Assembly (NCBI RefSeq): GCF_036321535.1
Contig: NC_087437.1
Coordinates: forward strand, 74,712,001 to 74,776,000
Direction of reading: 5' to 3'
Origin: Camelus dromedarius
Lineage: Eukaryota
DNA length: 64,000 bases
The position numbers and the translations under genes are program-made. Under the pieces are notes generated by a model, which worked only from the letters and a program-made list of their open reading frames with translations, ran no database searches and had not been told where the DNA came from. Below are positions 47,289 to 57,859 of the stretch, one piece after another. How positions within the stretch are numbered: the stretch's first letter is position 1; each line of letters starts with the position of its first letter.

Positions 47289-49725
47289 ATTTTACTTTGT
47301 GTTTAATGTAGAGTTTGCTTTTTAACTGTAATTATTTGGGGAATATATAAAATCTTTACATAATTCAAAACTCAGAAATATATTAAAGGGTATCCTCAGT
47401 AAGGTCTTGCTTCCAGTCTTATCTCCAGTATGCTGTTTTGCCCATTCTTATGGGAAGAAAACAGTTAAAACTTTTGTTTATTTCTCTTGTATTTGTTCTC
47501 TTTCCAGTCAAAATTAGGCAAATCATATATATTCTTATTTCCTCACCTTTCTTACACCAAATATATGATACTATACACATTGATTTGCACTTTTAGCAAA
47601 AATTTGAAGCTTACTCTTTTTTTCTTGAATTTCATTTTGAAAAAATTTGATATTATGTAGAAGTAAAATTGTTTCATGATCTGAAATTTGCTTTTTTACT
47701 CAGCATCAACCATTATCAATCGTCAATCTTGTTTTCCCTGTCTCCTCATCCCACGTACTCTTTTGAAGCAAGCCCCATGTGTATGATTTCATTTATAAAT
47801 ATTTTAGCATACTTCTCTAAAAGTGAAGGCTTCCTTTTAAAAACATATAATCACAGTATCATTATTGTACCTAAAAATTAGTGATTTCTTAATATGATCA
47901 AATAGTCAGTCAGTATTTAAATTTCTAGTTATAGAGTGACTACTGTGAATACTTTGGAGTCCCCATCACGAGGGTTCTCTCACTTGTAGTCCTTGATATG
48001 GAAAAATGCATCTCCACTTCACTGGTGAATTAGCTCTTCCTCCAGCAACATGGAAGCTGGTAATGCCTCCTTCTCTTTGCTGAGGTTTGTTAGTTCCTCC
48101 AAAGACCCTCATAGACAGATTCTAAGTTCTTTCCCACTGGCTCTGTTGCACATGGCCTATGTCAGGTCTATTGGAAACACCCCTGGATGTTTTGCCCTGA
48201 AAATTCTGGGATTTTAGGCTATCCGATGACATATTCTCTCCTTAGGCTGTTCCACTAGCCTCTAGTCAGTGCCTCTCTCCTCACTTGGATTTTTCAGATG
48301 AGAGTCTGGCACTAGTTGGGTGCCCCAAACTACAGGGACAGATAATAGGCTCTCCAAGTAGCTCCTTGGAGCCCTCCCACCAGAGTAGCAGTGTTTACCT
48401 TTTATGTAAGTGAGAAGGTTTAGGAATATATACACAGATTTTATTCCAAATTCTAGAGGCTGGCTTGTTTCACAACTGTCTTTGTTATCTGATGTCTCCT
48501 GTCTTAAGTCTCAGCAGAAATTTTTATCTTAACATCCTCTTATATACTCAGCTACCCCATTGGGCAATTCAAAGCTTGAGTTAAATAAAATGATATTTTT
48601 ACTTTTCACTTCTATACATTGAAGTAGCCAAATCTGAAAAAAAAAAAAGATACATTTTACATTCCCTTAAATTTTATTTTCTTCAATTTATGGTGTGTGA
48701 ATTCTATGAATTTGCAAATAGAACACTCAGCATACATCAAAGCCCCTGTTAGGTAGTTTTACACTTGATTTTGCTGTTCACGCAGACTTCGCCTTCAGAT
48801 GAGCTCAGAGCCTGGCTGCAGTTTGCTCAGACGCATGGGAACTTTAGTTGTCCAATCATTCCCCTTATTCTTACACATTGAATTTCTGATCTCAGTTTGA
48901 TAAAGTATTCTGTTTGGGGAAGAGGGGACCTTCATATTATATTTTCTTTCAGCTAGAATTAAATATTTTATTTGTATAAGATTGTGATTACTTTGTATAG
49001 AAATCGCTCACAAAGGCATTGGTAACTGTGAGTTCTGGTTAATTGTGAGGCCTCCATATTGACTGGCTAACTCACTGGTTGTTTCAGTTTTACTTGCTTA
49101 TGGCATAAAGTTTACAGTTTCCACAGTGTGTTATCACAAGTGCTTATTAGCAGTAATAGAAGCTTTCTTTTCCATTCATAGAAACACTCCAGTATTTGCA
49201 TTTTCTGCCCTGAGAATTAGTGTTGCTTAGAAGAGGTTTTGCCTTTGAGCAAAAGCTTTTAACAGATTACCCATAGGCAAGAGATAACTGCATAGAAAAA
49301 GAACTAGACCAAGACTCCAGAGACCTGGATTAAAGTTCAAGAATGCTTGAAGGAAACTAGGAAACTATGTTATTATCCTAATTCTTAATGTTATTTTTAA
49401 TTGTTTTAAAATTGTTTTTTCTGCATAAGTATATTCTCCTTCAGAGTACCTCAAAAGAACGTCTAATATTATTTGGCAATCATACAAATAGATAATCCCA
49501 CAATTTATTAAGGCATTACAGTTTTCAAAGAATGTTCATAAATATAAAAACCTAGAAATGTCAATTTTTTGGATAGATACAGTGTTTACAAAGCACATCA
49601 ACTTAGTTGAACACATTTTTATTTAGGAAAAAATCTAGCATGGCAAATATTAACATAAAAGATAGAAACTATCTGTAGCCATTATTTATAGTTTGGTGTG
49701 CATTTCCCTGATACTTATTTTTCTA

Positions 49726-50410
49726 TTTCTTTTTTTTTTTTTTAACATTTTTTATTGATTTATAATCATTTTACAATGTGTCAAATTCCAGTGTTCAGCA
49801 CAATTTTTCAGTCATTCATGGACATATACACACTCATTGTCACATTTTTTTCTCTGTGAGTTACCACAACATTTTGTGTATATTTCACTGTGCTATACAG
49901 TGTAATCTTGTTTATCTATTCTACAATTTTGAAATCCCAGGCTATCCCTTCCCACCCTCCACCCCCCGGTAACCATAAGTCTGTATTCTCTGTCTGTGAG
50001 TCTATTTCTGTCCTGTATTTACGCTTTGTTTTTGTTTTTGTTTTTTAGATTCCACATATGAGCGATCTCATACGGTATTTTTCTTTCTCTTTCTGGCTTA
50101 CTTCACTTAGAATAACATTCTCCAGAAGCATCCATGTTGCTGCAAATGGCATTATGTTGTCGATTTTTATGGCTGAGTAGTATTCCATTGTATAAATATA
50201 CCACTTCTTCTTTATCCAGTCACCTGTTGATGGACATTTAGGCTGTTTCCATGTTTTGGCTATTGTAAATAGTGCTGCTATGAACATTGGGGTGCAGGTG
50301 TCATCCTGAAGTAGATTTCCTTCTGGATACAAGCCCAGGAGTGGGATTCCTGGGTCATATGGTAAGTCTATTCCTAGTCTTTTGAGGAATCTCCACACTG
50401 TTTTCCATAG
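49726..50410 (-). mobile_element. Young 5'-truncated L1 with open ORF2 C-terminus
   Basis: ORF 50045..50398 is uninterrupted (WRFLKRLGIDLPYDPGIPLLGLYP...MFIAALFTIAKTWKQPKCPS...SLICGI). Poly-T tail and perfect 17-bp TSD TGATACTTATTTTTCTA at 49709-49725 and 50411-50427. Confidence 0.97.
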
Positions 50411-51154
50411 TGATACTTATTTTTCTAAACATTTACTTGTGCTGATTTTTTTTTCCTTCTTAAACAAAGAAAGAACTATATTATCCCTGCTGTTTTTTCG
50501 TATATCAATAGATCTTGAATAACCTCCTGTGTTTACATTATGTTGAATCTATTTCATCTTTTAAATTGCTGCACAGTATTCTTTATTCAATCACTTATTG
50601 ATAGACATTTAGATTGTTCCCAGTGTTTCTCTACTACAGTCAAAATTGTATATTCTCAAACACATGTCTTTGAAACTTCTGCAAGTACATCTGAAGGATA
50701 CATTTCTGTTTAGAATTGCTTTGTCAAAGAATAAGAACATTTGCAAATTTAAAAAGCATTCCCAAACTGTCTTCCCAAAAAAGGTACATCAATTTCCACT
50801 CCTATCAACAATGCATAATCAAAGTTTAACAAACTATTTTTTTTCCTCCTTTCCATATGTGTAAAATGAGTGGACTGGAGCATATACATTTATATTGTAA
50901 TTGTCTCCCTCCATTGATGGCAAATTCCTAAGGCCAGGCAATATGACGTGTAAAACTTTAATTCCTTTAGTGGATAGCACGTTGCCTAGCACATAGGACA
51001 TCATCAGTAAATATCTGTTAAATGAATGTATCTGTGGATTCCCCCCAGATCCCTTATGGCTTGATGGTGATGATTTTGATGACATATCTTAGTGTGCTTC
51101 CATGGATAGCTAAATTTGAAATACCATGAGCCGCTAGCACTAGGTGATTAGGAT

Positions 51155-52096
51155 GTGTGAGGTAATAGAGTCTCTCTCTCTCTATATATATATATTTACC
51201 TGCCTTTTGTTCTGGTAAAGTAACTCTTGTGTGTTCCTGGATGGGGGCTGGTCACCATAAGATCAAGCCATGATTAGAAACTTGGAATTTTCTTTTCTTT
51301 CCTTCTTTCTTTCCTTCTTTCTTTCCTTCTTTCTTTCCTTCTTTCTTTTTAATGGAGGTACTGGGGATTGAACTCAGGACCTTGTGCATACTAAGCACAT
51401 GCCCTACCACTGAGCTATATCTACCCCTGAAAAACCTGGGAATTTTCAACCCTACTCTCCATTCTCCAGAGGAGGGAGAGGAGCTGGAAATGGAGTTAAT
51501 GATCCATCATGCCTATATAATGATGCTTACATAAAAATCCCTAAGTGTGAATTTGGAGAGCTTCTGGGTTGGCGAATACTTGGAGGTTCTGGTAGAGTGG
51601 TGGTCTGGGAGAGGGCATGGAAGCTCTGCCTGTGCTCCTTCCCACCTACCTTGGCCTACATATCTCTTTCATTTAAATGTTCATCTGTATCCTTTTTCGT
51701 ATCCTTTTATAATAAACCGATAAACAGCAAGTACACTGTTTTCCTTAGTTCTGTGAGCCACTCTAGCAAATTAATTGAACCTGAGGTGAGGGTTTTGGGA
51801 ACCTCTGATTTATAGCTGATAGGTCAGAAACCCAGTTGAGAACCTGGATTTGCTATTAGAATTGGGGCGGGGGAGGCAGTCTTGTGGGACTAAGCCCTCA
51901 AACTATGGATCTGCTAATATTTCTAGGTAGATAGTATCAGAATTGGGTTAAATTGTGGGACACCCAGTTGGTATCACACAATTGCTTATTGTGGGAAAAA
52001 CCCCCACATGTTTGGTGACCATTAGCATCAGAAGTGAAGTATTCTGTGTGAGCAGTAAAGGGGAGACACATAAGAAAGTGATTTTTTCCTACTCAG
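51155..52096 (+). mobile_element. MER21-like solo LTR
   Basis: 'gggggctggtcaccataagatcaagccatgattaga', 'ttataataaaccgataaac', 'gagttctgtgagcc'-like motif and 'aaaaacccccacatgtttggtgacc' match the recalled MER21 consensus. Confidence 0.85.
51292..51428 (-). mobile_element. tRNA-Ala-derived camelid SINE nested in the MER21-like LTR
   Basis: 'aatggaggtactggggattgaactcaggaccttgtgcatactaagcacatgccctaccactgagctat' with a (CTTT/CCTT)n tail. Imperfect TSD aaacttggaattttc / aaacctgggaattttc. Confidence 0.9.
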
Positions 52097-55000
52097 TATG
52101 GCTGTTAAATTCCCACAGCTCTTACATAGTCTTTTTCAATTGGAGGCTATAGTAGGTTGAAAATAAAGCTGTCCCCTAATTCTTTTATAAAAGTAGGCAA
52201 AAGATCAAGAAAATCCTGTTGTATCACGTTGTGAGGAGAGGTAAGTAAGCTCCATATATTTAGACTGCTGCCTCCCCCTCTGATTACAGTTGAGATTATT
52301 TGGTCAATTAAAGGAAATGTTTCCAGACACTTATTACACTTATTATAAAGGTCTTAATAGAGTTTCCTTTCTTCTCAGTGACAGGTTTATATTTTCATAT
52401 CTACTTTGCTCTGCAATAACTTTAGTATCTTGGGTTTTCATGAGAATTTCTAAGAGAGATACGAAATATAAGCCAGCAATTACTATATATTCTTTTAGCT
52501 GAGTATGGTGAGAATTGTAAGAAGGGGCTGGTGTGTTGGAATTGCTAAATGAGATAAATAATAGTGAAAATTTTGTGACATGGTGAGACATACAGAGTAT
52601 TTTTCATGACTTTCAGAGGCAATACAAAATGTATGACACTAGAATCAGGTAGACTTGGCCCTGCCAGTTATTATCTCTGAGTCAGGGTACATCCATTTCC
52701 TCAGATATAAAATGAGAATAATTATGTTACCTACTTAGGACTATTATTACAGATTATTATGAAAATCAAGCATTATTCATTTCTGAGGTCTCAGTGTGGT
52801 TATCATCTCCTCTGAGAAGCTACTCTTCCACTAGATAAGGTAAAATTCCTTGTCTCTGGACACTTCCCCTCCTCTTTATTCCCACTATACACCAGGACCC
52901 TCTTCTATCACTTGCATTTCTTGTATCGCAGTTGCATCTGCGTATACCTGTCACTGCTACTAGACTGTGATATCTTTATAACTTTATGTCTTCAACACTT
53001 AGTAGAGTGCCTGCTTATCAAAGAGTATGAGCTCAGTAAATGTTGACTTGAGTTAATGACATACTTTGAGTGCTTGCCCAGTACTTAAAAACATTGGAGA
53101 CATTCAGTAGTTTGTGACTTCTTTTGTAAATTTGTGCCTCCAAATTTTTATCAAGGAAAAGATTTATCTTTTGCTTATGATACTTTAAGTACTCAAATGC
53201 AGGATTAGGACTGTTTTTGGATCCATTCTAGGTAATTAGATACACTGTGAAAAGTATGGTTCGTAGAAAGATAAGATTATCAAACTAGATAGTTAACAGG
53301 ATGAAAAGTGTTTGAGAGCTCTAGTCACAGTCTATGAACATACATCCAGGAAAAAATGAATTATTTGACCCTTCATTCATATTTTTTTGTGAATATATAA
53401 CCTGGCAGTGTCAGTTTAGCTCATCAAAGCAACGTATTGGAGACCTTTCTGCATTTGCCTCAGCTGCCTTATTTCACTGCATTACAAATGATGTTAATTC
53501 TGTGCTCAACAATACTTAACATAATATATATGGAACCCAGTGTTTATCAGTTGGACATCATAAAAATGCTGTTATTTCTTTCCATCTTCCTTCTGCTTAT
53601 CATTTGTTGATTTTTGAAAGCAGCTGGAGTTGTTTCATGTGAATGGAAACATTTACAAGGCTGTACAAAAATGTTTTCTCTCTAGAAACCATCTTATATC
53701 AACCGTGGTCTTTGCTTTTTAAAGATTTGGTGCATAAAGATATGCAAGCTTTTAACCTGATCTATGCTATCCTTTCAGATCAGAAGAAATTTCTTAGGTT
53801 AAGGAAAAGTTCACATTTGAATTTTCCAAAAACATGCGTATTTCATCCGTTGAAACAAGAACTTCCGTCCCTCAGAATTGACTACTATAGTCTGTTGGTA
53901 TGTGCTGATTCATGTTTACATAAAAGACCATCTTAACATAATGACTAGGTATTTGTGGCTTAGGTTCTCATATTTTCAACAATTACATGTGACTTACGAG
54001 TTGGAAAATGAGTAGCTTTTGGAGAGTATTTATTTTAAAAGGATCCTTTCAGTTAGCATTTCCGTTGGGGATGACTTCATTTAAAAAATGGTCTTTTAAA
54101 TTTTTTTCAGTGGAAGGTCAAATCTGCAATTAGAGCATAAATGTAGTTATTGAAAACCATTGTAGCTTATGTGATTTTCCCCCCAAATTCTAAGGTTAAA
54201 TTTCATGAAAAATATTTTTGGTGGCTATCAATACTTATTAAAAATTAACATTGTTTCTGCGAATAGTTTTATACATAAAACTTAGGTTATTGTAAAACGT
54301 GAGTTATGCTTTAATAATATAGCCATGCTTATTAAGTAACTATTCTCTGTCAAGTGCTTCACATAAATTATCTGATTTATTTCTCAGAACAACTCCTTTC
54401 AAAGACGAAGACCAGAAAGTTAAGGATTTTGTTCATATTTAGTAAGTGGAAGGTACAGGATCAGAGGTTATGTTGGACTATGGTAAATCCTTGCTCTGTA
54501 TCTGTTGATAGCGCTCAGCCATCCTGCCACCAGGGGACCCAGGCAGTAGAGCCAAATGAAAGCTCCAACTAAGGACCCACTCTATTCTGAACATTACTGA
54601 CACCCTAAATCCTTGCTTCCTTTCCTTCTCAGTAAACTTAACACAACCAGGAAGGAATTTTTTTTGGCTTACTTTACTTCTTCCTTATAAGTCTCTCTTT
54701 TTGTTCTAGCAAAATCTACATGCTAGAGAGTTTCCTTCTTTAACGTAAATTGCTCAAGGTGGTAACAGCAATTAAGTGCCACAATTCCTTCCTTTTTCCT
54801 TCTCTCTTCCCTTTTGATCCTGTCTCTTTGCCAACACAGACTGCCTGGCATGTAGTAAGTGCTCAAGAAATGGCAGCTGTTATTACTTTCCAGGTTCTGG
54901 GGCTCCTCCCTGAAGTGTGCTAGCATTTATAGCACACTGTGTACCAGAATCTCTTTCAATCCCTTTAAATGCATGTGTTTTGTTATTATGCCTATCTATA

Positions 55001-55131
55001 TAAAGCAAGGAAAAGGTGAGTCTCAGAGGGCACATTACCTGACTTAAGATAACACTGATAACTTGTTGGCTGTGATAGTTTTGGAGCTCAAGTTTTCTGA
55101 CTTCTAGTCCTTTATTGACTTATGTGGTAGC

Positions 55132-55345
55132 TGTAGAAATGTGCTGCTCAAATCTTCTTTAAGAGATTCTGCTGTGAGGAGCACAGGTGATGCCAGACTC
55201 CAGCTGCCAACCCCTTTAAAGCCACCATGGTGTTAATACCAAAATCATACTTTCTTCCCCTGGGCTGCCCCCTAGACAGTGACTGAACATGGTGGGGATA
55301 ATAGTACTGGCTTATTCCAGAAATGGAAAAATAATTCAACATCAG
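55132..55345 (+). mobile_element. LTR33-like 5' fragment
   Basis: 'tgtggtagctgtagaaatgtgctgctcaaatcttc...ttcccctgggctgcccctagacagtgactga'. Confidence 0.55.
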
Positions 55346-55562
55346 CAACTCTTTTAGCATAATTCACCTGGAGGAGGACGAATAAGAGAAATGATATAAT
55401 CATACCAATCAAGTATTGTAAAAAACCTCAATAAACTAGGGACTGTATGGCCACATTTTAAACTAATAGTTACCATCTAAAAGCCAGCATCATGTTTAAT
55501 GAAAACACAGTGAGAAAATCCCCATAATGTCAAGAACAAAGTCAGAGTGTGCACTGTTACTA

Positions 55563-56751
55563 TTTTTTCTTTTTTTTTAAAATTGAAGTATAGTTGATAC
55601 AGAGTAATATGGTAATTCCAGGTATACTACATAGTGATTTGACATTTGTGTACATTATGAAATGATCATCATGAGAAATCTAGTAACCATCTGTCCTCAT
55701 ACAAAGTTATTATGATATTATTGACCATATTCTTTATGTTGTATAGTACATCCTCCTGGCTTATTTTATAATCCCTTCACCTATTTTGCCTCCCACCTCC
55801 CAGTAACCACCAGTTTGTTCTCTGAGTCTTTTTTCATTTTGTTTTGTTTGTTTTGTTTTATAGACTCCACACACAAGTGAAATCATTCAGTGTTTGTCCT
55901 TCTCTGTCTTACTTATTTCACTTAGCATACTACTTTTTAGATCCATTATGTTGTCACAAATGACAAATTTCATTCTTTTTATGGCTGAGTAGTATTCCAT
56001 TGTATATATGTAACAAATCTTTATCCATTAATCTATTGATGGCTTCTTCCATATCTTGGCAATTGTAAATAATGCTACGCTGAACACTAGGGTGCATATA
56101 GCTTTTCAAATTAGTATTTTTGGTTTCTTTGGATAAAGACCAAGAAGTGAAATTGCTGGATCATATGACAGTTCTATTTTTAATTTTTCGAGGAAACTTC
56201 ATACTGTTTTCCGTAGTGACTGCCCCAATTTACAATCCCACAAACAAGGGTTCCTTTTCACCTCATCCATATCAACACCTGTTTCTTGTCTTTTTGATAA
56301 TTGCCGTTCTGACAGGTGTGATGTGGTAGCTCACTATGGTTTTGATTTGCATTTCCCTGATGATTAGTGATATTGAGCATCTTTTCACATGTCTATTGGC
56401 CATCTGTAGAAAAATGTGTATTCAGACTTTTTTTTTTTTTTAAATGAAGGTACTCGGGGTTGAACCCGGGACCTCATGTGTGCTAAGCACACACTCTACC
56501 ACTGAGCTATACCCACCTTCCAACTCAGACATTTTCTTAATCAGGTTGCTTGTTTTCTTGATATTAAGTTGTATGAATTCTTACTATAGTTTAGATATCA
56601 ACCCTTTATTGGATATAGTTGATACTTAAATATCTTCTCTCATTCAGTAGGCTGCCCTTTCATTTTGTTGCTGGTTTCCTTTGCTGTGCAAAATCTTAGT
56701 TTGATGTAGTCCCTTTGTTTATTTTTATTTTTGTTTCCCATGCCTGAGGAG
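55563..56751 (-). mobile_element. 5'-truncated L1, the 3' moiety of the U6/L1 chimera
   Basis: T-rich tail at 55563-55578, L1 3' UTR 'aattgaagtatagttgatac', and antisense ORF2 end continuing to '...ttcccatgcctgaggag', which abuts U6. Confidence 0.92.
56428..56521 (-). mobile_element. tRNA-Ala-derived camelid SINE nested in the chimera
   Basis: T14 then 'aaggtactcggggttgaacccgggacctcatgtgtgctaagcacacactctaccactgagctatacc'. Flanks TCAGACTTTT / TCAGACATTTT. Confidence 0.9.
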
Positions 56752-56856
56752 AAATCATATGGAATATATCACAAATTTCTGTGTCATCCTTGTTCAGGGG
56801 CCATGCTAACCTCTGTATCAATCAAATTTTAGTATTTGTGTTGCTCAAGTGAGCAC
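56752..56856 (-). pseudogene. RNU6: U6 snRNA retro-pseudogene, full length and diverged
   Basis: The minus strand reads gtgctcacttgagcaacacaaatactaaaatttgattgatacagaggttagcatggcccctgaacaaggatgacacagaaatttgtgatatattccatat, colinear with U6 from its first nucleotide. There is a deletion at the ACAGAGA box. Confidence 0.95.
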
Positions 56857-57809
56857 TCGTTACTACTTTTTTAAAATACGGTTCGGAAGGTACTTGCCAC
56901 TACAATTAAAGAGGAGAGAATGAGGCATATACATTTGAAAAGGGATGTAAAATTTTCGTTATTTATAAATTTTATACTTGTTTACATGAATATACAAAAA
57001 AATTAACTAAAAATTGTAACAATCAGTAAAGGAATTTATAAATGGTTGAGTACAATAATCAACAGCAAACAGCTTTCGTAAGTACAGACAATAACCAATA
57101 GGAAGATATAATGGAAGAAAAGATCACATTTACAATATCAAAAAATTTTTATAGAAATAAATTTAACAAGAAATATGCAAACTCTGTACAAACAAGGAAA
57201 AAATACATTTCCTTAAACAAAAAAATTCAATATTATAAAGATGTCACCTCTTACTAATGTAAGTAATAAACTTAATTCTATATAATAAATACATTAAGAC
57301 TGTTATTTCCTTGTTCATTTGCATTTTGAACTGGAAAGATTGATATACATGGAAAATAGTAAAAAATACTCAAGAAAATTCTGAGCAAAGAAAAGTAACA
57401 ATTTACAATCCCTTCCATATTTTAAAATATAGAATTATAGTAATTGCATTAATTAATAATAATGCATGAATAGACGTGCAGATAAATGGAATAGACAAGA
57501 AAGTCTGTAAGTAAACCCAAATACATTTTGGATATTAGTGTATGGCAAGAATGGCATAGCAAATCAGTGGGTAAGTGATTAATTATTTAATAAATGGTAT
57601 TGGGACAACTGGATAGTAATCTGGAAAGTAAAATTATTTTTGAACTCTTACCTCATTTCTTACCCCCAAATTCCAAATGTTTCAAGTATTTAAATAGAAA
57701 AATAAAAATACAAGTATATTATATAAATATTATATATGTATACACACAGCTGTGTATGTGTATGTGTGTGTGTAAAATTTCAAGATTGGGAAGACATTTC
57801 TAGGGTTAA

Positions 57810-57859
57810 TCCAAAACTCAGAAGTCTTTTTTTTTTTTTTTCCAAAACTCAGAAGTCTT
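57810..57859 (-). mobile_element. Poly(A)-only retrotransposition scar
   Basis: TCCAAAACTCAGAAGTCTT (57810-57828), then T12, then the same 19-mer (57841-57859), followed by AAA. Confidence 0.8.

Larger units (their letters stand above)
43230..47900 (-). mobile_element. Old L1ME-like element(s) hosting the BRD7 retrocopy and two younger L1 tips
   Basis: L1ME-like wording on both sides of the pseudogene ('gatatcattgtttcttggctttttca' on the left, 'tcatgaactaatggtaatatttcctattcaaattt' on the right). Confidence 0.55.

Noticed and set aside
56752..56856. Functional U6 snRNA gene
   Set aside because: Many substitutions, a damaged ACAGAGA box, upstream sequence that is old L1 rather than a U6 promoter, and fusion to L1 within a TSD.
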